Assembly (NCBI GenBank): GCA_001949185.1 | Contig: BDGG01000001.1 | Location: 634,128-698,127, forward strand | Origin: Ramazzottius varieornatus | Taxonomy: Eukaryota; Animalia; Tardigrada | Direction: 5' to 3' | Length of the DNA stretch: 64,000 nucleotides | Part shown: one piece after another, positions 22,701-35,220 of the stretch | Layout of the letters: every line of letters starts with the position of its first letter | Numbering within the stretch: position 1 is the stretch's first letter | Translations under genes and position numbers: made by a program | Notes under the pieces: model-generated | What the model was told of the DNA's origin: nothing | What the model saw: the letters and a program-made list of their open reading frames with translations, nothing else | The model's database searches: none

Positions 22701-25700
22701 ATTAATATTCCATTATTGCATTCCAGAATTTCTTTCTGTGGATTCAATATTGATTGGCGGTGCATTTGCGGCATGCAGTTCAATGTTGCCCACAGGGTTG
22801 CCCGCTTATCCACTGATGGTTCGACATTGAAGGTTATCGTCTATCAGGCTTCATGGTACACTAGAGAATTGGCGGAACAAAGATTTAAATAGACAGATCA
22901 TAAGTAGGTTTCATATTGTCTGAGAGTGGCGGCCCAAATAACGCTTTACGAGCAAGTCGTTCAGTCTTCCACATCATTTCTGCCTATAAGCTCGTTCCCG
23001 CCATCTGTTCTCTTCCAAGAATATGCTCTCATGTTAACGTTGCTGCGGTTAAAAATCTCCAGCTTGTGTACAGCTGTCTTTATCTTGTGCCGACCTTCAA
23101 CTTGACTCGAGCTTCGACGTTAAGCTCGTTCTTGGCTGACTTCTAGTCTTCCGCTTCCGGCATCACAACAGAAACAGCTGTGTCGCCGGAAGATCGTGTT
23201 GTAGATTGCCTGCCTCATTTGGCTTGTGCTTGTGTGGGAGACTGGCCCTGTACTTCGTGACAGAGATGTTGTTCGGATGACGGCCATCTGCCATTACGAC
23301 GTTAGATGAACTGTTTTCCCACGATGTCTAGCACGACCATAGAGCCCAGGAGCGTGCCTGACCGCCAACGCAAGCTGGGAGTACCCATGCAGGAGAAGGT
23401 TATTGGATCTTTGATTGTTGCAGTGGCCGACTTCCTCCAGAAAAGTGCCGCCATCTACGAGCAACATGGAGAGGAATTGCGCAGCTTGGTCTTACAAGGA
23501 CGACAGCAGGTGGACAAGCTGAAGCAAGACGGGTAGGTTTTCTCATCGCACTTCTAAAATTCGACTCATGCAAACGAAGAGTCTATTCTTTTGCTAGTTT
23601 TTCCCCATCAAGAAGTGAGAAAACAAGAGTCTACAGTATGCGCGTAACAAATGCGTGTCAGTCATCTTAGAAAGCTTACATGCCAGCTTGTCTGAAAAGA
23701 TTAATCGTCCATGTGATCAGCATTTTCAAAGGCCACATTACGGACATGAACGATACAATTGCTCAAGTAAAAATAGCGCGATGACGTCAGAAAACTTCCA
23801 TGTTTCGATACCGCCCCCAACACCGGCGGCATGAACTTTCTTGAGTAACACTCGTGAATCGTCATCTCAATCGACACTTCAAAACGTCCGAAATTCTTGG
23901 ATCAAGAGTCCACCAGAATTAGCCTTCGGAGAGGTCACAGCTGGCTCTCTGTACAGGCTCAACGTTCTCAGACGCCGCCAGACATGGACCAGCTGTTTCT
24001 TAATCGAGCCAATTACCCGAAGCGGTTCACCGTAATAAACAGCAGAATCGTTAATTTACTACAGTTTCGCCCCGAAAACATATAATTTTTTCACTGCGTT
24101 AACTGCTAACTTTTTTGAACGGGAAAACTGAGCTACTGGTGGATAAAGGAGAAGGAAATTAAGTCAAAAGTTGAATCGCAATTTGATTGACTTTTTCTTT
24201 CTATAGCGACTTCCTCATTCCAAGCCTGCTGAAAACATGGGATCAAATGCTCAATTACACGGCCATCACGAGCGACGAGAATATCGAAATGGCCAACAAG
24301 CTGTCCTCCGACATCTCCATCCGCCTTCTCAACACCACCGGCCACCGCAAAGTCCAGACGCAAAAGCTCTTCGAAGAACGGTCCGCCCTGGAATCCACCG
24401 TTGGCCAGGCCGAAGATCAACTTTACCAGGTCAGTTATGAAAACATCGTAGAAATGCGGAAGAAAGCGCGCACGTCAGCCATCTGTACGAAAGGAGCCTA
24501 CATGCAGTATATCTCAAGTCACAATATCCGAAATTAAATGGCTTCGGTGAAAGACCTAGTCGGTTCTTTTTAGGCTCAGAAAAGCTATATCGAAGCCTAC
24601 GGTAACTTTATGTTATCCAATGGGAATAAAGCCGCCGAAGAATCGCAGACGAAGACACGGTACCTCAACAGCCACAATACCTACGTCCTCCAGCTGCACC
24701 GCTACAATAGCATCATGGAGGACTACCAGACTAACGTCCTCCCCCAATGGTTTCAGGTATGGTTGACATCTCGCTCTCCTGGGAACCCATAGTGCATACC
24801 TAAGCTAATCATAATGGGATAAGGCTCTTCATCCGCTCAAGCCGTGCGATATCTAATTTATATTGCTCCCCCAGGAAGTGGACAGTGTGTGCACCGACGT
24901 CTATTCCGCTCTGTGCGCCTCTCTCATCGATCTCAATCAGCGTCAAGGCATTAAAGTAAGCTCTCGGTACTTCCGCTACACCGTATAGCTCTCATAAAAA
25001 CCCCACTGAAACACATCCAGCTTCCAACTTTCAAAGTAGCAATAGTACCGTCATTTCTACCGGCCTCGTACCATACACTACGCTGAGTAACACGCAAAGC
25101 ATGACACCGCCTAAATAAAAATCAGGGTACCAACGTCATGGCACACCAGGTGTTTGAAAGTCAACCTGATCGAGTTAACTCCGGAAAGTCCTGTTTTCTG
25201 TTTGCATTGAGTGCACTTCAGTGTTACTCTGCTGTTGAGCATGGCGCACGCTGGAAAGAAGGCGGAAGTGCAACTTTTCTTTGTGGTTTATCATATGCGT
25301 AATGAGGTGCGATGAAGGGAATATCGTTTCCGGTTGTAGGCCGTCCATGAAAGCAAGCGTTGTGAAGAGCTGATCCAGATGGCCAAACAGGTGGATAGTA
25401 AGACAGACCTGATTCTCTTTGCTCGCGGCCAGGACTCTGTCGGTAGCCCTTTGGGTGGACGCGGCAAGCGCCTAGAGTTCCAGCCGCCGGCGCACAGTGC
25501 GCAGGACGGACCCAAGGACGAGATTGTGGTCGACGTCAACACGTCCAAAGTGACCCGCTCTACCATGGACTCTTTGCTGGCTGACGAATCTAATCTGGAA
25601 GCCCAACTGAAACGCCAGTATCAGACGCTCAACGATCTTCTTGCCACTCAGCAAAAGTAAGTCTGATAATTGTAATGGCACTTCCTTCTTGTCTTCCGAA

Positions 25701-28700
25701 ATCGTTACCAACCTCTAGAAAACTGCCAAGAAGGCGTTGTCGTCCTCTGAGGTATATTTAGAAAGATGGCCTTACGGAAAATTTAGTCTACTGTGTTACA
25801 ACAACTTGGTCAGATGACACATTTTTTTGGACAAGAAAAACGAAGCTATTGTTACAAAAGATCTAGAGGGACATCAAATATGCCTACGGCTCCGTTGACA
25901 TGTTGATATTGCAGGCAATTGGAAATGCATCTGTACAGTCGAGTCGCATCCATTCAGGAAGAGATTAGTGATGTCCGGAAAGCAATACGACTTACCAAGA
26001 TCAGACTGTCCGGCCTTCATGGACAAGTAAGTCCCCTTTTTCGCAACAGCGCAATCAGGCTAAGTTTTCTTCTACGACCTTTGGGAGTACCGACCCGTAA
26101 AAACTACCACGATCAAATCTCGATAAAAAAATCGATAGGCTGGAAACTTTCGTGGAAACTTCTCGGGACTTTCAGGGCAATTTCGTCAGTCAACTATGCG
26201 TAGAACTTTGGATTCGAACTATAGAGATCAGAACTCATCTGTTGGTCGAAATCCAAGAGTGTCAATGAATTTTTGCGTGGTGCTAGTGTAGCAAGAAGAG
26301 GCGGGAATTCTTCCCCAGATCAAGTACTTGAAACCATGCGAGAGGAAATGAAAAAAGGCAATTAGGTCATTTGGCCTGTAATTTATGGATGATGATCGGG
26401 GAGCAATGGCGTCAGCGGGAGGAAACTCTACACTTCGTTGACAGTAATAACCGTCCCGGTGTCAGTCTGTCAGACGGATACCTGAGGCGCTCCCTGGCCG
26501 ACCTTCTTGACACCGATGACGGCCTGACGGGGCTTAATGAGCGCGGCCCGTTTCCGCCTATCCTTCCTCCCGCCATCGATCTCTGCAGTTGAGCCACAAC
26601 AAGCTCGCGCAATTGATGAGATGGAAGTCATTTAACTGACGCTTCCTGCTAACGTTTCCTCGAGCGTGCTTGGTTCAAGCTGGAACCCAGCTGGAAGAGT
26701 TCCACACAAGCTTGCCGGATGCGACAGTGAGGGTTCTTTGTCTAACACACTTTTTCTGCGGCGTAAACCCAACCTGTCAGTCAGACTCAAGACTGTGGTT
26801 CGACTTCCTTGAATCTGGTTCTGTATCCTAAGGACTTTATACCCGAAGGGTTATGCTAGGTTGGAAATATGGTACTCAGCTAATCGGATGTTGTCTGTGG
26901 TGTGTATAGCTGTGTATTCTGGATTGCCGTTATGCCTCGCGCAGAGCCTCCGTTAATTATCTGACCCCGACGGAACTCTTGCCGGAACCGGTCATGAATC
27001 CTGCGGGAATGAAAACCCGCTGGCGTAAGGCCTTCTTCAACCTCAAACGTAATGGAACCCTGAAAAGAGAACATGAAAAGCTGCCCGCCGATTATTCCGG
27101 AAGCGGCAATGCGGCGACGGGAAGTAGAACCTCGTCGACCCAGAAAAGCGTAAGTTTGTCAGTTCTCTATCCTAATTTCTTCCACCTGAAGATTCGAACA
27201 GCGGTCTTTTGGTTGAGTGTTCTGATTTATGCTCCCGGAATAGAATATAGAACAAAATGGTAATTTAATATCCAATGGGACTCTAAGAACACTTGAGAAG
27301 CCGGCAAACAAATCGTAGAAGATCGTTGACTTGAACAGCGCAGGTTTGCAGCCATTCAGAACGCAAAACTGCGCTACTTGATAAAACGCTCTTGACCGTT
27401 TCGTTTACCGACAGCTCAACCTTTTCGGAAAATACCACGCATTGGCCGTAAAATGTTATAGCGGGACAGTGGATAAATTCTACTGCTCTGTGACAAACTC
27501 TGATGCGACAACATTATTACGTGACACTGAACGTGAATATGTTTCCCGGCATTTTCATGTCAATGGTGATGGAACAAACTCCTTTTCCAGCCGAAAGTCA
27601 AACGCAATGTCTTTCGCACTGCTATGTCCAGCTCCGAGTTGAATGTCAACGGTTTGAAGCTCAATTCATCCTCCAGCGCCGACAAGTCCGCCGCCAACAA
27701 CGCCGCGGCGATCGACGTCGACCCCATCTACCTTCTTCTAAAACAAGGTGGAGCCCTCAATCCCCGCCAGAAAGGTGGAGACACGGATTCCGGTCTGGGT
27801 TCCGGCTCACTGACGACCAGCGACCGTCGACCTTCGCGCGACAGTGTTGTGGCAGGCTCCAGTCGCCATGTCATGGACCGGCGCAACAGCAGCATGTCCG
27901 AGCCTGAGTCTGTCGAAGCCACTACGCGGACGCGGGGACCCATGCTCAACACCAGAATGAAGAGTATTTCCTTGGATAGTCCGGACCAGGAAGTCGTCAT
28001 GCAAGGCAGACCGGGAAGGCCTGTACTGGAGAGAGGCCAGAGTACGGTAGGCCCGCTACCGAAAACAGCCAGTCCGGGGAATAAGCGAAGGATACTGCAG
28101 ATGAAGGGAAGGGGAAAGTCGCTGGATCTGGGAGATGGACCAGGAGAAGTAAAGTCACCTGAGACAACGGTAAGGTCGAGAGAACGAAAATGAACGACTC
28201 GGATTACTTTAGTTTTTCTACGCGCTTCTCCATATTTTTGGGCCTCCATATTTGTTGTTCGACCTACGAGGTTGAGGACATAGTTCTGCCGTACCCGTTT
28301 CTGGGACATAAGGGGTTATATTCCCAGCTCACTGCACCACCTCACTTGGATTTTCGTTCCCCAGGGAGACAAACTTATCTCCCATTCCTCTGGATTGACG
28401 GGAAGTTCAGGGTCGAAGAAACTGCTCTTGGGAGTAGGAGGGGTCGCCTGATGTTAAAAAGCCTAAAATTTGCATCAACAGGCGTACGATGAGAAATGAA
28501 TCAAGCGTTCACAATAATGTTCAAACTTTTTACGCCGTCAGAATTTACGTCCGAAAAACGGGTACCGCAGAATTACAGTATGTCGTTTACCTCGTAATGA
28601 TTATCATGTGCGACGAACTTTGGGCATGTGGAAAGTCCAGGTTTTTACAAAGACCAGATGTTTCCAGCGTTGCGGGCCACGGTTGTTAAATGCAATGCTA

Positions 28701-29462
28701 TTTTCTACAGGCAGCACCGGCTCAAAACGTATTCGTTGCCCTACAGTCCTACCGATGCAAAGGTCCCGACGAGTTAGAACTCCGTCCCGGTGATCGCGTA
28801 GTGGTCGTGGACTCTTCAAAGCCCGATTGGTGGAGGGGCAAGTGCTTCAGTGCGACCGGGCACTTTCCTAGGTAAATATTATCGTTTCATCACATTACCC
28901 GAGCTTCCTTGAAACCATTTGCATCAGGAGACAGAATCGATCCTAACCTCAGTTTTCGCTTGACAGCGAGTGTGTTGCACGCGTCAATCCCGGTGAGCGC
29001 GTCTGCGTCGTCTCCCATTCACTCCAACTTAATGAGAACGGCACAGTTTTGCGTCTGTCAAAAAACGACGTAAGTTGGAAATCATATTCCGAGTACTCAA
29101 CAGCGAACCACAGCCGACAGCGCGGAAAACAGATCCGCCCAGATCGTTTACCGAAGTGGCGCATACTACCAGCCGAACACACTGGAAACGTGCGCCACTT
29201 GAGAAACAACCTCGCTTTGATCGTTCTCAAAATTGACGCACGCTTCCGGCCAATGCAAAAATAGAGCGGACCACTTGAGACAACGATCGGGCCGAGTCGG
29301 TTCGCCGAGCTTCCAGTTCATTTCTATGATTTCGTCTTTTTTCTGCAGATTGTAATGACAACTGGTCCCGATGAAGCCGGCATGGTCCCTATCCGTTGTG
29401 GTGGAAAGCGCGCTTGCTGCCCGCTGAAGTACCTGCAAGTTCTGGACTATTTTGAAATCTAA
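19797..29462 (+). CDS. Stac-like adaptor: N-terminal F-BAR/coiled-coil region and C-terminal tandem SH3 domains
   Basis: Exons give ADFLQKSAAIYEQHGEEL, SLLKTWDQML, YLNSHNTYVLQLHRYN (F-BAR-like), MKTRWRKAFFNLK, VDPIYLLLKQG (cf. Stac VDPVYETLRFG), SH3 FVALQSYRCKGPDELELRPGDRVVVVDSSKPDWWRGKC...GHFP, and a second atypical SH3 ending CPLKYLQVLDYFEI*. The first exon 19797-19866 (phase 1) fits the acceptor at 23423. An alternative ATG lies at 23306. Confidence 0.8.
29140..29295. repeat. Two copies of the AAGTGGCGCA-N27-TGCGCCACTT element (last intron of Stac-like gene)
   Basis: aagtggcgca(29163)-27 nt-tgcgccacttgag(29191), followed by a degenerate second pair. Confidence 0.75.
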
Positions 29463-29987
29463 ATGTGATGCCGTGATTACCCACCCGGAAAAATTCAGAT
29501 TTTGCTGCTTCTTGCTTTCCTCTGAATTACAAAATTTAGAAATCGAAGTACGCCTCGCGCATGTTTGATACAGTATATGCGATTTTTATCTGACTGGTCG
29601 GAAAAGACATCTTACCTGCACACGTACAGAATTCACTTCGACTTCTACGTTTCAGCAACTTTAATTTATTTTCCACTGTGTGGTTCGAGGACAAACTCGC
29701 GGTTACAGCGGTTACACAAATTTAATCATCAATTTTAACAGCATGCTGCGGAACCGCAGTAATTTCTGATAGCTGGAGCAACTCAAGAAAGAATAACGAG
29801 GATTAGATAACAAAATAAAAACATTAGGTTATTGTATATTTACAAAGAATCACTGGTCAAAGATTACGCGCAACACTCCACAAAACGTGGATAAGGGGAG
29901 ACGGACTCATTAATCAGGTAGAAATATAGTCTACTGGACGTCATGACAAGCTTTGAGCTGGACTTCAAGGCGGAAGACCTTATAAAG

Positions 29988-32184
29988 TTATCTATTGCGG
30001 AAGGCTCTCCATTTTTGTGCGATCACAGTGGGGCATTCAAAAGGGAAGTTATAACGCATGGGTAGTTTGCCCTCAGGGACGTTAATTTCAAAGTGGCGCA
30101 CAAAGCGAAACCACCAAGCGTGTGACAGGTAGTTGTTTTCCCCGTGTTCCTGCAAAGAAAGAAGGGTACGTGACAAGGTTTGATGCATTGTTTGATGCAC
30201 GATCGTTCCACTCTAAAAGGTAGTGAACGACTTACTTTGAGATGTGCATGAGCGGCGATAGTGTGGTAGATGCGAAAGAGCATGGTGGTGATGACATAGG
30301 CAATGACAATGTCGACGGTGTAGTGAGTGCGCGAGAAGGAGATCATCAGCACACCCACCGTAGCCAGCAGGTACAAGCTCCGCTTGGCGATGCGGAAAAT
30401 TTGCTTATTCTGAGGCGTGTCTGAAATACACACACACATCAATATCGAAAAGCTTTCCGCACCTTTACAAGGCCGTAAACCTTGTGAATCACCGCTGCAA
30501 ACGGCGAGCCGTACTTCGGAAACGTTTCTCGATATGTCGAACAGCAATCAGTCTCGGGTTTCTTTTCGCGAAAAGCGCACAAAAGGAATTTGTTGTCGAT
30601 CGAAAATCGATTTTCAACCGTACAAAAAAGATTTCCACTTCAAGAGCTGGCCAGAAAACCCCGCCTTAACGGCGCACTAAAACCTCAAAACATTGAAATT
30701 CACACAGTTTGTTTCCCGAGTGACACGCGCACAGCAAAAAAACAGCGAAAACCTACACCACTTGGGAACTCGGCAAGATCATTTCTCTAAGTCGCACACG
30801 TTTTCAGCCAAAATCAACGCAGACGTGCGCCACTTGCAGTGTCGATCTGGGCAAAATCGTCTGCCGACGTTCTGGTTATAGAAAGCTCTCTTCTGGACGA
30901 GAACTACCAAAATCGGAGCAAGTAAGGTTTGACGGAAATTGGGGGAATACATACATTCGTTGAAAACGAGGCAGCACAGGACCAGCGAGCACGTATGGCC
31001 GCTGTAGATGAAGTCCCCGCAGTAGACCAGTCTTCCGTTGATGGACATCCCCAGACCGCTCAAGAGCGACACTGCCCGATGGACAATCATTAAAGCACTT
31101 GTGCTATTCTCCTGCAACGACAAAATGTGTCGTTACAAGATCATATATTTGGATTGCCGTGAGGAAGGAAGAAATCACAGAACTTACCCTGCTTGCACAA
31201 GGGTACTTCAAGTTGGCTTGTGGCAAGACTGTCACAAAGATGGTTATCCCGCGGCAAAAGTATAATATACCCGTTAGCAGAAAGACTCGGCGGAAGATAA
31301 TGGACCTGCAAAGACGTGAAACTCACGCAGTGGACGGAAAGCCGGAAATTATAGTATACAATAAGAGCCACAACGACGGTCGCCGAACTTCGCTGCATAT
31401 ATCCTGCGCCTGATTGATTTGGTAACTAGAGATGTGAATGCTCCATGTGCAGCACTATGGGAGTGACGCCAATCAAGAGTCAAATTGGAAGTCGTAATTC
31501 CAACTGCAGCGATTATAAAGTCGAAATCACCGTGTATAACATCACGCGCCACCTGGTCGTGCGCATTGATCATGCAGCAATAAACCAGGTGGTCCTTCTA
31601 CGTCATTGAGTTGAATGCAATTTTGCGCAGCCCGGAAGTGAAATTTACCTGTGTTGATGCAACAAAAGAGCGATGAGCGTTGGGTAAGTGATAAAGACGA
31701 TGATATACTCCGACAGTTCCAGTCCCTGATCAAATTGAGGTACATAGCGAAAGACGATGTCGGGAAGAGGTAAGGACATAGGCTGTAGATCGTGGACAAC
31801 GGCCAGTGCCAATGACGAGCTCAGTAATCCACCCAAGAGGAACAGGAACGCTTGGAAGGTCTTGCCATACTCTTTGGGGTAAACTTTCTTGACTAAGCCT
31901 TCCTCAAGAGTTGCAGCGTCGGCTGACAGGGGAAGGAGGTTAATTTTGCAGCAGGGTTCCGAGCGCGAAGACAAGGCGGAGAGATCAGAGCTGCTGTAGC
32001 GACGATGTCGTGGCTCGAAGTGATGGTTCGACACGCCATCATAATTCTCCGTGTAGTCGGGTGATAAACCTTCGGAACTAAGACACGAGCTACGAGATAC
32101 CTCGATCCCTAGATCGCTGGCGGTAGATAAAGGCAATGGATTGTCATGGGAATAATCCTCCGGCGGAAGCTGGATTCTTCCCAT
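29988..32184 (-). CDS. Sphingomyelin synthase family protein, paralog A (5 coding exons, no SAM domain seen)
   Basis: Motifs PLPDIVF, FRRVFLLTGILYFCRGITIFVTVLP, CGDFIYSGHT, SRTHYTVDIVIAY and WWFRFVRHFE. The ATG of MGRIQLPP is at 32184. Confidence 0.92.
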
Positions 32185-33410
32185 CGGTATGCGCAAATGC
32201 AGGCAGGCTGGTAGCTCTGCTGAAATACGAATCAATCAACATCAAGTCCGGCAGAAGCCTACAATCAAGATCATCCTCAATCAGCCAACAACCAAACGTT
32301 GGTAGTGATTTCCCGCTTGCTGCATAACAGATCAATCAAACTAATCTCATATCAAATTGTCACCCGGATTCTGCCCGCATTGATATCCTCTCAACCAATC
32401 AATGGAAATGTGATGGGTTCCTTTGACGAGTCACTGGAGATATTTCCGCCAGAGTGAAAACTCAACAGGATGGATAATTTCGAGTATATTCCAACAGACT
32501 GAACTTCCACGGACGCGTTCGATGATGCTGAGTATGCTCGACAAGATGGAAAGCCAAGAGTAGCACAAAGTGGCAGAGCCGGCTTTAGCAGAACAGACGC
32601 TACTGAAGGATCAGACGATCAGTACAAAAGTGTGCCAAGCTGCTGTCGTCACCGATATTTCCATAGGGCAAAAGGAAAACCGGTCAATAGAAAAAACAGT
32701 AGGTAAGGGTATGACGTCACTGAGTACGGCAGGGCATGTGGTACATACACGCTACTTTTCAAAGAACCGCGAGAGCAGGGTTCACTGAAACTCTATCCGA
32801 TTCGGCGGCAGTTTTCCAGTGCCTCGGTAGACAGCAGCTCTCGGCATGCATTAACGGCTCCAATGTTTATAACCTGAAAGACGGAAAAGCTTCCAAGCAG
32901 TAAAGCAGTTCGGAGTAACTTCGTACTCCTGTCCACGTTTACTAGTCCGCCCAATCTTATCACGGTTCACCCATTGTCGCGTTACCTGGGTCGTAGTTTA
33001 TCGCATTTTCAGTTCACATGTCGCCACGAGTAAATATAGATATCATAAGACCGTGAAAAGTTGAATAGGCTAAACATATGTCCACAAACTGTGAAAGACA
33101 CTTCCATTGCCCTTTTCCTACAGCTACTTCTTCGTTCTCGCTGCGTATTGTTGTAATTGTCCTCCATATTCAAATGTTAGCAGTATCAGAGTTCATCCAC
33201 ATTAGGAATGGACCCGGACTATATGATAACGTTGAAGCATTTCCGTGTTGGATCATTATCGTATTAGCTTTTTGACTTCCTTCGTGTTGCAACAGCGAAC
33301 AGATTTTTTCCGTTTTGTTTGGGCTCCCGAAAGCTTCGAATCTAACAGGATAATTCTGAACTCCGGAGCCACGTTCAACAGATTGTCAATGCAAGTGAGA
33401 ACGCTATTAA

Positions 33411-34247
33411 GACTCATGATACCGGGGGTACAACTCGGTTTCGCAGAGCACGGTTACCTGACCGCAAATCACTTCCTGTGCAGCTTTGGCGGTTCAGTAT
33501 GTTTTGATTGCCTGTAGTGGCACGTTCTCTATGACATGTAGCTGGTGACCGCTGGCTAAACACTACGTACGGAGTTAGAAATATTTTACAAGGTTCGAGG
33601 GCAAACTGCTCCCAACAAATGTTCCAGGTCCTCCTTCACACGCCAAGCGTTTCAACAGCTGGAAAAAAATTCAGAACAACTCACAATCACTTCTTTAAAA
33701 CATTATATATCCAGCGTCCAACTAGCGGTTGTCCAGTGGTCAAACAAAAAATTGCAAGTTGCTCGTGGTGTTCCGACATATGGCGCAGCCCATGACGTCA
33801 CGAACGATGCTACCACTGGTGGCGCCGCCAAGGTGGCAAGAAGTAAATTCAATTTTTCAGATTTCTATTTTACGCATTGCCTTTTTACGCATTTTACGCA
33901 TTGCCCTGTCCCAGAAGACTGAGCGAAGAACGATGATTGTTTGTGGCTCATGTAACGTTCATGTTTGTGCAGCGCACAGATTAACGAAGCAGAGTGTTGT
34001 TTGTTTAGATTGCAGCAAGAAGAAATCGAAATAAGTGTAGCGAAAAATAAAATGAAATACAGTGGCGTAACCCGGTCATGTGGCGGAAATTACGTTGGTT
34101 TTGCGCAGTAACATTTGCAACTTCATGGGGGAGCACCGTGATTGGTCTGTACACGCCTCTATCGTGCTTTCAGCCAGTTAGAAGGCTGCGAAACTCAGTT
34201 GTACCCTCGGTATTCTGCCAGCATGAAATTGCCCGGTATTACAAGTG
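33411..34247 (+). mobile_element. Internally deleted piggyBac-like element retaining the transposase C-terminal Cys-rich domain
   Basis: TTAA at 33407-33410 and 34248-34251. Imperfect TIRs GACTCATGATACCGGG / CACTTGTAATACCGGG (12/16). Subterminal inverted repeat ATACCG(A)GGGTACAACT..GTTTCGCAG. RRTMIVCGSCNVHVCAAH...VCLDC* at ~33920-34034 resembles the piggyBac C-terminal Cys-rich domain. Confidence 0.75.
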
Positions 34248-35220
34248 TTAAGAGAACCACAGGAGGATGAACTCAGCACTACTGTACGGTTTCTAACTCA
34301 CAGAGTAGATTGATGAATGAGTTCTCCAGGGTTTCGCCATTCGCGAAAGCAAACTACTAACAGAAACTGGCAGGCGTATAGGGAATCGCGACCCCTACCG
34401 ACAGTTCAAGAGTACGTAAAATTAGCTCAAGAATACGCTGAACGAAGTGCCGACAGTTGTAGTCAGCTTTGAGACAAAGTGCCGTCATTGCCGCGGGCGA
34501 GTTGCATTGAACGAAGAACTTCGCACTATCTTTGTCGAGGTTCGAGCACTTTCTCGAGTACTCGCGATCATTGAAGAACTCGCCCGTCAGCTGAAAATAG
34601 CTAAGTTTCCTAAACAACAGGCAGTAATAAGGTCCACGCGGAAGATGATGTAACCGTACGAGGCAAATTCCGTACAAGAAAACGGCGTTCGCACCACGTT
34701 TTCCAGCCCTGAACAACCAAAAGTTCCTCGGAAAAATCCCATCAGCACGGCGCAGTATTTCGTTTTCATTAAACCGAAAGAAAATCCATCCAGAAAGGAT
34801 CTGTGAAGAGTAAGCTACACACAGAGCTGTGCTAAAAAAAGAAGGAAACTCAACGCTGCATAAAACCCCCAAAGTTCCAAGAACCCGATTCCAGTGTAAA
34901 TAAGAAAACTTCCACGAAAGTGCTCTGCAAAGGCAATGATCAACTATTCTCAGCTCCACCAAACAGAAATCTCAAACTTGGAAACGTGGACTAGACAACT
35001 AAAATAAAAGTGGATCTTTTCAGTGGAGATAGAACTTAGAGTAAGAGTCTCTATAAAACAAGAAAGTTCCAAGACTTGAAAGCTTATTGTACAGAGTGTC
35101 ACAGCTTCGATTACGCCGGCGAAGTGTGAAAGGCAGGACATTAAACTTTAAACGACAGAGGTACTAAAAAATTCAAAATTAGGTCCTCACACAGAAAGGA
35201 AAGGTGCAAGAGGGCGATTT

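Noticed and set aside
30091-30101. AAGTGGCGCAC core inside SMS-A coding sequence (a similar one lies at 40352 in VCP)
   Set aside because: Single unpaired occurrences explained by codon sequence.
34357-34962. 201-aa minus-strand ORF
   Set aside because: Non-ATG start, no domain, and it lies just downstream of the SMS-B stop; likely spurious.
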